IMG/VR virus record: IMGVR_UViG_3300032163_000003
Span: 46,070-110,069 of that record
Reading direction: 5' to 3' (one strand)
Source: a virus
DNA: 64,000 bases
Shown: piece by piece, positions 9,959 through 20,629 of the stretch
How the letters are laid out: the number at the start of each line of letters is the position of its first letter
Position numbering within the stretch: the first letter of the stretch is position 1
Notes under the pieces: generated by a model
Database searches by the model: none
Seen by the model: the letters and a program-made list of their open reading frames with translations, nothing else
Told to the model about the DNA's origin: nothing
Position numbers and translations under genes: made by a program

Positions 9959-10321
9959 TTATTTCCTCTTCGCTAATTTTTTCTGACACACTTTACAATT
10001 GTCTGGACTATTGTCATTACCCTCTTCTAAATCTGGATTTCCAATAATCATCCACTTTTCACAGAGAGATATTTTCTTAACAAAGTAATGCCACTTTCTC
10101 GTATTAACTAACCAAGTCCATCCTTCTCTTACATTATTAGGCATGGGATATAAACAACCTCCTGCTGCGGTTTTTCTATGTTTAAATCTAGTTAGTATTT
10201 TGATATGCTTTGCTAGAAGTTTCAAATGATTGTTAAAGAAGGGACAGTTCATTCGTTTATTACAAATCATACCAACAATACAAGTCTTACATGGTTTAGT
10301 TGGATATTTTGAAGTTTTCAT
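9959..10321 (-). CDS. CX2CX5C-motif family protein
   Basis: CKTCIVGMICNKRMNC. Confidence 0.45.
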   Translation of the reverse strand: MKTSKYPTKPCKTCIVGMICNKRMNCPFFNNHLKLLAKHIKILTRFKHRKTAAGGCLYPMPNNVREGWTWLVNTRKWHYFVKKISLCEKWMIIGNPDLEEGNDNSPDNCKVCQKKLAKRK

Positions 10322-11013
10322 TTTTTCTTCTTTTTTGACTTAAGTATCTTCATCTCGTTATAGTTTTTTTCGTCTCTGATTTTTCTTTCTTCATGCATCT
10401 TATCGATTTCTTTTTGATGTTGTCTTTCTTTGAAGATTTTGTTATCTAACATTTTATCTCGCTCGTCTTCTGTAAAGTCATCAGAAAGAAACAATTGTAC
10501 AAAATAAGAAAGTTCTTTTGAATCTTGCGGTAACTCTGGAAATATGTTCGCGCCACATTTTTTACATTTATATTTTATGTTTAGAACTGCGTATGAACTA
10601 CAGGCACAATCGCCCTCCAACTCGGCGTCGATGTTAACTTCTATATCTCCATCGCATTCAACCATGTCTGGTTCTGGAGTAAACCTACCTAGTGATATAT
10701 AGTACCTCGGATAAATCTTTACTGCTTTTTGATAGGGCGCTCCAGATCCTTTTTTTCTGGCGGGAATAAATTTTACAAATGATTTACATTTCATATTACT
10801 TCCTCTTTTTCTTCTTGTCTTCTATAATTCCCCCATCTTTGATTTTTACGACTCTATCTTCCTTTAAAACTAAATGATCTTTTTTAACTTTGACACTATT
10901 AATAAAACAAGCTTCATCCCAACCTGAAGATAGATCTGTTCCTCTATAACGATCTTCGGATGTTTTTCCGCAAGCTAAACATACCCAGATAGTTTTCATA
11001 AAACTTTCTCCTT

Positions 11014-11202
11014 TTATTTTAATATGTTACTAGCGTATATTAGAAACAAGGTCGCGAATATGCCAACTATTTGAAAAAAAGCTTTTATATTATTTTTAAC
11101 ATTCTTTTTTCTTTCTAACTTAAAATAGAACTTAGTATAATCATTACAATCCTTACTACAAATCTTTTGAATTAAGCAAGTATTACAAGGATTTATTATC
11201 AT
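11014..11202 (-). CDS. CX2CX5CX3C family protein with C-terminal TM helix
   Basis: CNTCLIQKICSKDC; hydrophobic tail. Confidence 0.5.
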   Translation of the reverse strand: MIINPCNTCLIQKICSKDCNDYTKFYFKLERKKNVKNNIKAFFQIVGIFATLFLIYASNILK

Positions 11203-11434
11203 AAGACTTTTTCCTCTTTAATTGTAAAGTAATAAGGACCGGAGTCCCACTCAAGTATTTTTATCCCGTTCCATTTATCTGCTTTTCGTTTAGCGTACTT
11301 CTCGGCGTATGTTTTGGCTTTGTCTCTATCGCTAAATAGTTTAACCCACATAAAGTCAGTATGTTCGGAACCCATAGGACCGCCGAGAGAACCAGCGTTT
11401 TCACAGATTAGTAGATAGATTTTGTTCATTTCTT

Positions 11435-12058
11435 TCACCATGTTAAAGATTGTTCTTTCCGTTCTAATTTTCTTCCTAAGAAGAAGTTTGTAAATTCTAA
11501 CATTGGATGCATTTTTATGAAGTTAATTTCATAATTCCATTCATCTGTAATTAATTGTTTATTCTTTGATGTTCCTTTTGGTGTTCCTGGGGGTGTTGGT
11601 TTTCCTCTAACTCTTTTATATTCCTCTTCTGTTAACCAACCAAATAATTCAATTACTTTGTAGTCATCATAACATCCACCAAAAATCCAATAGTTTGGTT
11701 TCTGATCATATCCCCTTAGAGGTATTAAAATACTCCAATCTAACTGCTGGGAATAATAACCTCTTACTTTTTTCGAAAGAATATTTTTAGTTTTAACTTC
11801 AGTTTTAAATCCTTGAGTTATTACATCACAATCGTAATCCACTCGATCTTCGATAAAATCACAATGTCTAATTCCCATCTTTCTTACCCAGTCTTCGAAT
11901 CCAGTACATACATATGCATGTCTTTTGCTTTCACCAACTGGATCTTTTAAACCTTCTTTATTGAGAATGTTTTTTTGATACCGTCTTTCCGATATTTCTT
12001 GAATTTCTTTTGTAGTTGGGAAACGAATCATTTGGTTCACGGATTGTATGTAGGACAC
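11435..12058 (-). CDS. Putative PD-(D/E)XK nuclease
   Basis: YDCDV...TEVKTK spacing. Confidence 0.45.
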   Translation of the reverse strand: MSYIQSVNQMIRFPTTKEIQEISERRYQKNILNKEGLKDPVGESKRHAYVCTGFEDWVRKMGIRHCDFIEDRVDYDCDVITQGFKTEVKTKNILSKKVRGYYSQQLDWSILIPLRGYDQKPNYWIFGGCYDDYKVIELFGWLTEEEYKRVRGKPTPPGTPKGTSKNKQLITDEWNYEINFIKMHPMLEFTNFFLGRKLERKEQSLTW

Positions 12059-12078
12059 CTATTCTCCTTTCAAAGTTG

Positions 12079-12606
12079 TTAAAACGTCTGAATTCTATCC
12101 GCAGGCTCTAAAATCGAAGTCTTCAAACTTCCCGCTTCAGTTGCTTTTTTAACCCAGTCTAGATCCCGAACTTTTGCTTTTAACTCTGAGACATCATTTT
12201 CCAATTTATCAGTTGTGTCTTCTAAGTCGGTTGTTCTTGAATCTAGATCTTCTTCAACCGTTTCTCTATCATCTGCCGATCCTTCTAGTTTATCTACTTT
12301 TTCCTTGATCTCGTCTCCGTTACATTCCAGTTTATCTGTTTTTGATTCTAGATCATCTAGTCTGGAATCAAGGCTTTGAGTTGTTGTCTCAAGTTCTTCT
12401 ACTTTACTTTCAGCATCGTCTAATCCAGATTCCAGATCATCTAATCTGGTTTCTGAGTTTTCCGATGTTGGTTGAACTTCATCTAAGGTTGACTCTAAGT
12501 CACTTACTTTTGACTCAGCATCATCTACTCTAGATTCCATATCTTCAATTCTTTTTTCCAAAGTGTCGATTCTTTGGAATAGTTCTGTTTTTTCTTCGTC
12601 TGTCAT
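12079..12606 (-). CDS. Acidic heptad-repeat coiled-coil protein
   Basis: Repeating (R/K)(V/L)(D/S)(D/K)LE(S) heptads. Confidence 0.7.
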   Translation of the reverse strand: MTDEEKTELFQRIDTLEKRIEDMESRVDDAESKVSDLESTLDEVQPTSENSETRLDDLESGLDDAESKVEELETTTQSLDSRLDDLESKTDKLECNGDEIKEKVDKLEGSADDRETVEEDLDSRTTDLEDTTDKLENDVSELKAKVRDLDWVKKATEAGSLKTSILEPADRIQTF

Positions 12607-12809
12607 TGTTTCTCCTCAATCTTCTTGACCAGCTCTTCTGCTGTCAGCATATTTTACTGTTCCATGTTTTAAAGAAACTCGATATCCTCTCCATCTTAGT
12701 TCTTCAGCTACTTTTCTTGTGAAGTTTGGGGATAGACTTGTTTCAATTGGCGCAATAAGTTTCTTTAATTTTCTTGATTTCATTCTAGGAATACTTTGTT
12801 CTAAATTGT

Positions 12810-12932
12810 TCATTGTTTCTCCTTCTTCGGATACAGTATGGTTACCCAGTCGGAATATGCTTTGTTGAATCCAACCAGGTAACCGTACCAGTACCCGAAT
12901 AGTGCGATTACAAGTAGTAGGATAGGTAGCAT
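12810..12932 (-). CDS. Small membrane protein (40 aa; below the track cutoff)
   Basis: MLPILLLVIALFGYWYGYLVGFNKAYSDWVTILYPKKEKQ; ATGA overlap with the next ORF. Confidence 0.6.
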   Translation of the reverse strand: MLPILLLVIALFGYWYGYLVGFNKAYSDWVTILYPKKEKQ

Positions 12933-13294
12933 ATCAATTATTTTCTTGCTCTTCGAATATCAGTAAGAGAAAGCCCATCTAATTCAGTAAGATTTAATCT
13001 TTTGTTTATGTTAATTAAAGGTTCAATATTTGGATAATATGCAGCATTTTTTATCAACTGCTCAAGGAAGAACTTAGACTTGATTGGATCTGAAAGTCTA
13101 AAATTATCGACTGCGTCTTGAGTTCTTTGGTCTAAGTTTCCTTCTTTATTAGAGTCTCTAAATTCTCTATAAGTAGTTTCTAAAAATTCTTGTCTAAGTT
13201 TTTGAATATCCAGTCGAGGTGTTAAAAGGTCCTCTAAAAACTGACTAATTCTTTCCAGCTCTTTCTCTATTTTTTCACTCATTCTTCTTTCCTT

Positions 13295-15814
13295 TCATTT
13301 TAAGAATCCAAACTTATAAACTCCCTCTCTTAATCGTTCACTAAACTTTTTATATAACTCATTAAACGTTTTTAACTCTTCTGGATAAATCTTCTTTAAC
13401 ATTGGTTTTAACTGAGCCCATCCAGAATCCCACGCATTTAGGTGACACTCTTTATATTCTTCATGAAATGTTTGTCTTACAGACATAGACTTTCTAATTA
13501 ACTCTTTTGCGTATTCTAAAATTCTTTTTGCGTCATCTGAAATATGAACTGTTTCTAGAAGTTTATATACATACCTATCTTCTGGGAATTGTTTGGAATC
13601 TTGATACATTTCATTAAATCCGCATTTATTCGCTAATTCTGACATCTCTTTGTTTGACATAAAAAAGAACTGGTTAAAGACTTTCCATAAATTATTTCTG
13701 TATGAAATATTTCTTAAACTAGATTGTTGGCTAGCACTTTCAAAAAGAGAGTAAATTATACAATCTAAATTCCATTGTTGATAATCTTTGTGATTGACAT
13801 TTGGTTTTAAATATTCGTCATTAGAATTCGACCAGTTATAGTAGAATGTTGATAACTTTCTTGCTGAGAATGCCGCTACAGTTTTTAGAAAATTTTCTTC
13901 GGTAATTGGGAATCCATTATATTCAACTGAGCCGGTTGCTGTAAGCATTGAAACTCGTAAAATACTTTCATACATTACATTCCCTGAATAATATAAAAAT
14001 CCCAACTGATTTGGAAGACTTTTTCCTTTTCTTCCATCATCTGAAATAACTAAAGCACTTTTTAATCTTAAACCATCAGAAAACTTAAGACCTTTTATTT
14101 CTTCTCTAACCCAGTCAGCACAATTTTCTAGGGCATCAACATTGTATAAGATTTTCTTTCCTACGGTTTCTATTTCTCCAAATTTTGAAACGTCTTTTAG
14201 TTCAACCTCAAAAACGTTTTTTTCTTCACTATTTCCTGATTCCCATACTGAAAACATTAATCCCCAATTTCCAGACACGTCGGCAAAATGGGAAGCATTG
14301 AATACCATTCCCCCTAAAAATTTAAACTTACTTAAAAACTTACTTCTAAAATCTTTAAATGATCTGGTTGTTAGAAACGACGTTGGAGAAAAGAAAGCTA
14401 TTTTTATATTTTCATTTTTGTACTGTTCTGGTAACTGTAGAATTCTGTATAAGAATTGAGCATATAGTTGAGAAGATGGAAGACCAAGTTTTTCTCTTAA
14501 CATGCATTCATTTATTTTGTTTCTTGATATTCCAGATCTAGATTTTTTACTAATATTTTTACTTTTTAGCTCTCCGGCGGTTCCATACGGCGGATTCATT
14601 ATTACTATAACAGATTTATTATCTTCTAAATTTTTAACTAAACTTCCTGCAAATTTTCTCAACTTTTCTTCTTCAAATGTTGGTCTACCTTGATCCCAAA
14701 CATCATCGTTTAAAAAGTCGTATTGAAAAGCTGGGGTTTTTTTATAATATCCCATATCATTAATTGTATCTACATCTCCATGCTCAAGAGTACATAGAAA
14801 TAAATTTTCAATTGGATAATCTTTAGAAAGATTTGCTGTTCCGCATCCAGGATAAAACCAAGTAAGATCGGTATAACAAGTTGATCCAAAAATTTTTGAA
14901 ATCATTTTATGAATTTCATCTGCCCAGATCTTAGGTGTAAAGAAAGCTCCAGTTCGACGTCTATACAACTCTTCTAAAACTCTATCTTTACAAGAAGTTA
15001 GAATTCTCAACTCTTCAGATGTATAATCTTGTTTGAACTGAGAAAAGAAAGAAACAAACAGATTTGCGTTTACTTTAAATGAATCTCCTCTACAGATTAA
15101 TGTATTCGCCTTTTTTGGATGCAAGAATACATTATCTTTATCTGTTAAACAACTAAAGAAAATATCAACCAATCTACTTATTCTTTTATTTTCTTTAATC
15201 TCAGTTGGTGCTTTTCTTTCTGTAATAACGTTATCCTTAAAGTATGTGAAAATTGGGACAATATTAGTTGGGCTAATACTAATAGAAAACGTTTCACCAG
15301 AATAGATTGCTTTCATTTTTTCTACCACCTGAGAGAAATCAAAATTTTTATCAATATCATAAATAAATGGTTGAATTTCAATGTCCGTAGAAAGTTCTTT
15401 TACTAGATCTGGATACTTACCTGGAGCTTTTGATGGTGCTATGTTCCAATCTAAGTTTCTAGACAAATACTTAAAAATGGACTTGACTGAATTACAAAAA
15501 CAACCGAACATATCACCTGCAAAAACTGAAGATGGAAATCCAGTACCTTTCTCTTCTAGTTTCTTTAAGTAAAACAGAAGTTGAACAAGAATTTCTGCTT
15601 GGTTGATTTTTTCTTTTAAGTTAAATTTGTGTTTAAATTCCATTAAAAATACATAAGGCTCGGATTCGAGAAGTCCATCAACTTTATTTGGGGATGATAT
15701 TGTTGATGGAAAGTAATGACTAAATGCTTGTCTATAAGCATTTTCTACATCTTTTTCACTCTTAGCTATTGACAAAGACTTAGCTAAATTTTTGTTCATA
15801 CTTTTCTTTGTCAT
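13295..15814 (-). CDS. Restriction endonuclease-amino-methyltransferase fusion (type IIG-like)
   Basis: N-terminal VDG...MEFK nuclease motif; GAFFTP, PGCGTANL (motif I), NPPY (motif IV). Confidence 0.75.
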   Translation of the reverse strand: MTKKSMNKNLAKSLSIAKSEKDVENAYRQAFSHYFPSTISSPNKVDGLLESEPYVFLMEFKHKFNLKEKINQAEILVQLLFYLKKLEEKGTGFPSSVFAGDMFGCFCNSVKSIFKYLSRNLDWNIAPSKAPGKYPDLVKELSTDIEIQPFIYDIDKNFDFSQVVEKMKAIYSGETFSISISPTNIVPIFTYFKDNVITERKAPTEIKENKRISRLVDIFFSCLTDKDNVFLHPKKANTLICRGDSFKVNANLFVSFFSQFKQDYTSEELRILTSCKDRVLEELYRRRTGAFFTPKIWADEIHKMISKIFGSTCYTDLTWFYPGCGTANLSKDYPIENLFLCTLEHGDVDTINDMGYYKKTPAFQYDFLNDDVWDQGRPTFEEEKLRKFAGSLVKNLEDNKSVIVIMNPPYGTAGELKSKNISKKSRSGISRNKINECMLREKLGLPSSQLYAQFLYRILQLPEQYKNENIKIAFFSPTSFLTTRSFKDFRSKFLSKFKFLGGMVFNASHFADVSGNWGLMFSVWESGNSEEKNVFEVELKDVSKFGEIETVGKKILYNVDALENCADWVREEIKGLKFSDGLRLKSALVISDDGRKGKSLPNQLGFLYYSGNVMYESILRVSMLTATGSVEYNGFPITEENFLKTVAAFSARKLSTFYYNWSNSNDEYLKPNVNHKDYQQWNLDCIIYSLFESASQQSSLRNISYRNNLWKVFNQFFFMSNKEMSELANKCGFNEMYQDSKQFPEDRYVYKLLETVHISDDAKRILEYAKELIRKSMSVRQTFHEEYKECHLNAWDSGWAQLKPMLKKIYPEELKTFNELYKKFSERLREGVYKFGFLK

Positions 15815-15845
15815 TTCTCCTCCTTTGTGGTAAGATTATTTCTTA

Positions 15846-16568
15846 TCAAATGAATTCCTTGACTATACTCTTCGCAAATCCCTCAAAGTAAAACTTCCAA
15901 TAATGGTCACGATCTATATCGCCAGCATCCATCACTCTCGCCATCGTCTTAGAGATCCTCGTGGGTCCATATCCTTTTAACATCACAGATCCTTCTTTGT
16001 CATCCTCCGGTACATAGTACAATAGAGAATTTTTAGAAGTAAAAACCTCTTCTCGGATCTTCTGTAATGACTCAAATACCGCCCACTTACTCAGAAAGTT
16101 TATTTTAAGAATTTTGGCAAAAATTTCATCAATCATTTCATACCTTTGGGGTACCCCTTTTATGGAGATCTCACTGTTCTGGTAAAGTGCCAAGAACTTA
16201 TCTCGGTTAAAGGACGACAGAAAAGTTTGAATGATTCCCCGCAGTTCCAAAGGTAAAAATTCGTCAGTTCCAACCATCGGTTTCGACACGATTATACCAT
16301 CATACTGTCTTAAGATCACCGACGATTCATCAATATTATTTCTCGTCAGATACTCGTTTATTGTTGATTCCGTTATTGTCCTCAGCATGGATGTTAGATT
16401 TGGATTGTCTCGCATTAGTAGCCCGATTCGAATATTTCTTTGCTCTTTATTATTCGGGTCAAGACCAGATAAGTCTACTCCAAGTCCTTTTAGAATATTG
16501 TAGTGACAAGATGATACGTCGTATAGAAATAAATCTCTTAAGAAAAGTTTCTCACTATTTATTTTCAT
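15846..16568 (-). CDS. Short DNA polymerase palm-like protein
   Basis: YDVSSCHYNIL and RQYDGII resemble polymerase motifs A and C; IKGV follows. Confidence 0.45.
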   Translation of the reverse strand: MKINSEKLFLRDLFLYDVSSCHYNILKGLGVDLSGLDPNNKEQRNIRIGLLMRDNPNLTSMLRTITESTINEYLTRNNIDESSVILRQYDGIIVSKPMVGTDEFLPLELRGIIQTFLSSFNRDKFLALYQNSEISIKGVPQRYEMIDEIFAKILKINFLSKWAVFESLQKIREEVFTSKNSLLYYVPEDDKEGSVMLKGYGPTRISKTMARVMDAGDIDRDHYWKFYFEGFAKSIVKEFI

Positions 16569-16748
16569 TTCGGTTTTGGATCCAGTGTTCTTGCAAATTC
16601 TGGTGTATGACCATACCAATTTTCTCGACGACTTACTGCTACATCAAAGGATTTTAAGCAACCCGTTAAAAATTGAGCAAGAATAAAATCTGGAGTGTCT
16701 GATCCATTTTCCTTGCTATATCTATTAATTAAAAACTCCAGTTCCTTT

Positions 16749-17096
16749 TTAAACGTTACTTTCATTTTTCTTGTCCTCTATTCGTCTCAAAAGTTTCCTA
16801 CGTTTTTGTTCCATCACAATTCCATCTGTTCCAAAAATATTACCTTCTGTGATTAATTTTCGAACTAGTTCTGTTAGTTGTCCTAGAAATGGAAGATCAC
16901 AACCAGCAGGTCGAGAACCGGTAATTCTACTTACCCAGTCTATCTTTCCTGTTCCTTTACATTTTGGGCATAGAAGGTAGTAGTATTCTTTCTTTTCTTT
17001 CTCTTTTTTTCTGCTGTCCCAACCTAGTACAGTCATTCGTCCAGGACCACATCCTTCCCCAGAACATAGATTACATTCTTCAGTATTGATTTTCAT
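16749..17096 (-). CDS. CxxCxGxG/DW family protein (tandem copy)
   Basis: MKINTEECNLCSGEG...CPKCKGTGKIDWVSRITG. Confidence 0.65.
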   Translation of the reverse strand: MKINTEECNLCSGEGCGPGRMTVLGWDSRKKEKEKKEYYYLLCPKCKGTGKIDWVSRITGSRPAGCDLPFLGQLTELVRKLITEGNIFGTDGIVMEQKRRKLLRRIEDKKNESNV

Positions 17097-17346
17097 ATGG
17101 TTCACCAAATGCCCAGTCATTTCCTGTACTCATAATGAAAAAACCATACCCAGTTTCCTTTTCCCACCTTTTAACTAATGTTGTCATAAACGGAACTTCT
17201 CTTGGATCAAAAGATCTGGTAACTTTCTTTACCCAATCTATTTCACCAAAACCACAGCAACTCTTACATCTATAGATTGTACGTTCTTTTTTGAATACAT
17301 ATCCTCTGCCGTTACATTCTTTACAATCTTCAGTATTTATTTCCAT
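17080..17346 (-). CDS. CxxCxGxG/DW family protein (tandem copy)
   Basis: MEINTEDCKECNGRG...CKSCCGFGEIDWV. Confidence 0.65.
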   Translation of the reverse strand: MEINTEDCKECNGRGYVFKKERTIYRCKSCCGFGEIDWVKKVTRSFDPREVPFMTTLVKRWEKETGYGFFIMSTGNDWAFGEPYENQY

Positions 17347-17573
17347 TTTGTTTTCTTCCAGTCGTAAAGCGTTATTGTATTAGTTTCATAATACCTATCA
17401 AGTAACTGAGAATCGGATGGAAATCTTCTTTCTCTATTTGGTCCAACAACATTTTCTAACCAATCTAATCCTCCGCAGCCAAGACATTTTGGACATCTTC
17501 GAAGAACTTTCTTGCGACTTAACAAATACCCTTTTCCGTTACATTTTTCACAGTCTTCAGTGTTTATTTTCAT
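17337..17573 (-). CDS. CxxCxGxG/DW family protein (tandem copy)
   Basis: MKINTEDCEKCNGKG...CPKCLGCGGLDWL. Confidence 0.65.
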   Translation of the reverse strand: MKINTEDCEKCNGKGYLLSRKKVLRRCPKCLGCGGLDWLENVVGPNRERRFPSDSQLLDRYYETNTITLYDWKKTKWK

Positions 17574-17576
17574 TTC

Positions 17577-17837
17577 TCACTCATATTTACTTACTCGGTA
17601 AGTAACTACTTTTCTAAGGAACTTTTCTTCTCCACCATTGTCTATTTCATATAGTCTAATTAACTGATCCGAACTTGGTATTCTTCCGGTTCTTTTTGGT
17701 CCAACAACTACTTCTACCCAATCCAGCTCTCTCTTTCCATAACATTTTGAACAACGAGTAATAGTATTTTCTTTAACTATTAAATATCCTTTTCCGTTGC
17801 ATTTTCTACACTTTTCTCTTTCTTCGTAATTTTTCAT
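17577..17837 (-). CDS. CxxCxGxG/DW family protein (tandem copy)
   Basis: CRKCNGKG...CSKCYGKRELDWVEVVVG. Confidence 0.65.
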   Translation of the reverse strand: MKNYEEREKCRKCNGKGYLIVKENTITRCSKCYGKRELDWVEVVVGPKRTGRIPSSDQLIRLYEIDNGGEEKFLRKVVTYRVSKYE

Positions 17838-17846
17838 ATCTTCTCC

Positions 17847-17879
17847 AAAAGTGGACGTCCAGATTTCTCCAGACGCCCA
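17847..17879 (-). terminator. Probable intrinsic terminator
   Basis: TGGGCGTCTGGA/TCTGGACGTCCA hairpin followed by CTTTT. Confidence 0.55.
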
Positions 17880-17885
17880 ACTCGG

Positions 17886-18641
17886 TTATTGTTTTGTCAA
17901 CATAAAGATAATTACTGAATCTATCATAACAAGATGATTTGTATCCCTTGTAATTTTAATTCTTTCTGCAAACCAGTCAAACAAGTCTTTCTTTGTTTTG
18001 ATCTTACTTACATCCGCTTTCATTAGTTGTCTATATAAAATTTGTATTCCTTCAATATCGACGGGTTTTTCCAGTTCCTTCGCAATACGTTCAGGATCTG
18101 TGAAAACATATTTAATTCCTTTATCTTTATTCTTAATCTTTGTTTGAAAATAAGGAATTAATTTACCTTCAATATTGAGGCAGTATGATATAATGAGTCC
18201 AGTTTTAATTCGATAAACTTTTAATGTAACTCCTTGAACTTCAGTCTCCATAATCGTAGTGTAAATACCGTCATTGAAAACATCGAAATACATTGGTTTG
18301 CTATCGAGAATTGGAACGTGAGATGCATTCCTAAATAAGAATAAATCTCTAGTTGTTTCGTTCTTTTCTACTGATACGCAAATTGTATTTCTTGAATTTA
18401 CTTTGTCAATGACCATTTTTACAGATTTGACTCTTGGAGCAATTTCGTTCTTGTACTTCTCAATCCAATCAACAAACGGAACTGTTCGAAGATCATAACC
18501 TAATTGTCGAACCTCTTCTTCCATCTTTATTTGTTCCTCTTTTGGAAGTTCTGGTTCTTTTGGAGTTAGATCTTCTTTTGGTTTAGATTTGTGTTTGATT
18601 GATGTGTCTTTAATCAACTCAGATAAATTTTCTGTCATCAA
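17886..18641 (-). CDS. Hypothetical protein
   Basis: 251-aa ORF with GGAGG SD. Confidence 0.6.
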   Translation of the reverse strand: MMTENLSELIKDTSIKHKSKPKEDLTPKEPELPKEEQIKMEEEVRQLGYDLRTVPFVDWIEKYKNEIAPRVKSVKMVIDKVNSRNTICVSVEKNETTRDLFLFRNASHVPILDSKPMYFDVFNDGIYTTIMETEVQGVTLKVYRIKTGLIISYCLNIEGKLIPYFQTKIKNKDKGIKYVFTDPERIAKELEKPVDIEGIQILYRQLMKADVSKIKTKKDLFDWFAERIKITRDTNHLVMIDSVIIFMLTKQ

Positions 18642-18659
18642 CGGAATACCTCCAACTGT

Positions 18660-19031
18660 TTAGTTATCGTCTGTCACTTTTATCCTGATCTTTTTAAATC
18701 CGTGGCTTATTTCTACATTCTCTGAATCTACTAACCAATGAAGATATAGAGCTTGCATATAGTGAGGAATATCATCAACAGCATAATTAAACATAGAAGT
18801 GTAATCTTCTACTTGGAACCAACCATCACTTGTCTTTGTCATTTTGCATCCATCCCAAAAATGCATTGACTGAGATGTTCCCCATTCCCCAGCTTTGTAC
18901 TCCTCTATGTACTTATTAAACTCTTCTCTAAATTCTTCAACTGTTTTATGTTTGGATTTAATAATTAAGAAGATAGACGCAGAAGAACTATTTGTCACAA
19001 AATCTAATTTGCTTTTCATCCGTCCATCCAA
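18660..19031 (-). CDS. DFVTNSSS-motif protein
   Basis: MKSKLDFVTNSSS. Confidence 0.6.
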   Translation of the reverse strand: MDGRMKSKLDFVTNSSSASIFLIIKSKHKTVEEFREEFNKYIEEYKAGEWGTSQSMHFWDGCKMTKTSDGWFQVEDYTSMFNYAVDDIPHYMQALYLHWLVDSENVEISHGFKKIRIKVTDDN

Positions 19032-19402
19032 CTTTCAACGATTGATTCAATTTGGTTATTTATCCCAAGTTCTTTAAATTTGACTTGAAGATTTTCTTTA
19101 AACTGTTTTAATGTTTCATCTTCTTTCATTGAGAAGGGAGACCTGCCAATATAAATTCCACTCCCATCGTAGTCAGAATGGGTATCAAGATCAAACTTTG
19201 ATAGTAGCTCACCTATTACATATGTGAGACCTTCTTCCAAATCTTCTGTTACGTCTTCTGTTACGTCTTCTTTTTCTGCCAATTCTTTTATTTTTGTCAT
19301 CAATGTTTCATTTTCACGAATCTGCGACTCGTCTAAATAAGTTCCCCACATTACTACGCTTGTAGATGAACTATTCGTTACAAAATCCAACTTATGTTTC
19401 AT
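19016..19402 (-). CDS. DFVTNSSS-motif protein (paralog)
   Basis: MKHKLDFVTNSSS. Confidence 0.6.
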   Translation of the reverse strand: MKHKLDFVTNSSSTSVVMWGTYLDESQIRENETLMTKIKELAEKEDVTEDVTEDLEEGLTYVIGELLSKFDLDTHSDYDGSGIYIGRSPFSMKEDETLKQFKENLQVKFKELGINNQIESIVESWMDG

Positions 19403-19917
19403 TAAATCCTCCTAGCTTTGAAATACAGTTTGTGCATAATGGATAAAAAATTGTAGATGTTAACGGGGAAGAAAGCTTTTCAATACAATGAAGTTTGTTT
19501 GGTTTTATTTCATTCCCGCACATAAAACATAAAATTCCTTCCAATTCTATTGAAGGAAATAACAGTATCTCACCCTGGCTATCAGTCTGTTTTTGTGTCT
19601 CTGCTATCATCTTTTCCTCCATAGGGTTCGAAAGTGAATTTTTTCTTTTTCATGTCAAGGTATGTAACTAAGTATTCTGTTCCCTTGAACATGAAAGTTC
19701 TTCCGATTAGAGGAAGGTCAGAATCAGTTAAACACTTACATGTGAATCTTAGCTTCCCAATATTAATATATATAACTTCATACTCATTTCTTTCGATTAG
19801 AAATTTTTCTCCGATCAAGGGGATTTCAATCTTTTCTTCTGGTGGTCTAAGATCAATTCCTTTTCTCTTTATATCTTCCATAACATGTTCAGAAACAATG
19901 TCGCTATAACTTTTTGT

Positions 19918-20283
19918 TCATTCATTTTTCTCTTCTTTCTTAATCCACTTTTCTTTAACTCCTTCGGACCTCCACTCTTCTGGATTCATTGCTAAGAAAA
20001 TTTCTAAAGCAGCTCCTGTTAACGCAAAAACTTTTATCAAATGTTCATACGTTCTAATTGGAAAAGAACTCATAACCGTAGATTCATTACAATGTTCGAA
20101 CCAAGGAGGTTTATTCGGAGTCCAATCATATACATACGCTTTCTTTGCTTTCTCTAAATATTCTTCTATGAAAGTTAAGAAACTAGCAATATTTAAAGTA
20201 TAATTTAATCTGTAATCACCGAAGGCTTCTCTTTGATATTCCCTTTCTTTCTTGTACACTTCAAATAGTTCTTCTACTGTCAT
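19918..20283 (-). CDS. Possible MazG-like all-alpha protein
   Basis: ER.YQ...IEEY..KA...LIKV.AL..AALE helical pattern. Confidence 0.35.
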   Translation of the reverse strand: MTVEELFEVYKKEREYQREAFGDYRLNYTLNIASFLTFIEEYLEKAKKAYVYDWTPNKPPWFEHCNESTVMSSFPIRTYEHLIKVFALTGAALEIFLAMNPEEWRSEGVKEKWIKKEEKNE

Positions 20284-20629
20284 CTACACCTCCACCCGTT
20301 TTTCATTTTCTTTCTTTCGTTCTAAGTAATATTCTAAACCACCCCAAAACTTCAACCATCCCATCGGTTTTTTTGGACTTGCAAAATCGTCCATCAATGT
20401 TAACGATACATTTGGAATTTCTTTTATTACTTGATATCTTCCTCTTCCTATCGTTTTTAGATATCCAGCTTTTTGTAGAATCAGTCTATAAGTGTCTCTT
20501 GAATCTAATCTATACCTTCCAAATCGTTTAACATTATTAAAAAACCCTTTTCTGGTTACTTCTTGATTTACTTTAGTATTAAAGAATTTGATAGTTTCTC
20601 GCCATATGTTGTAAGGATTCTTTTTCTTT

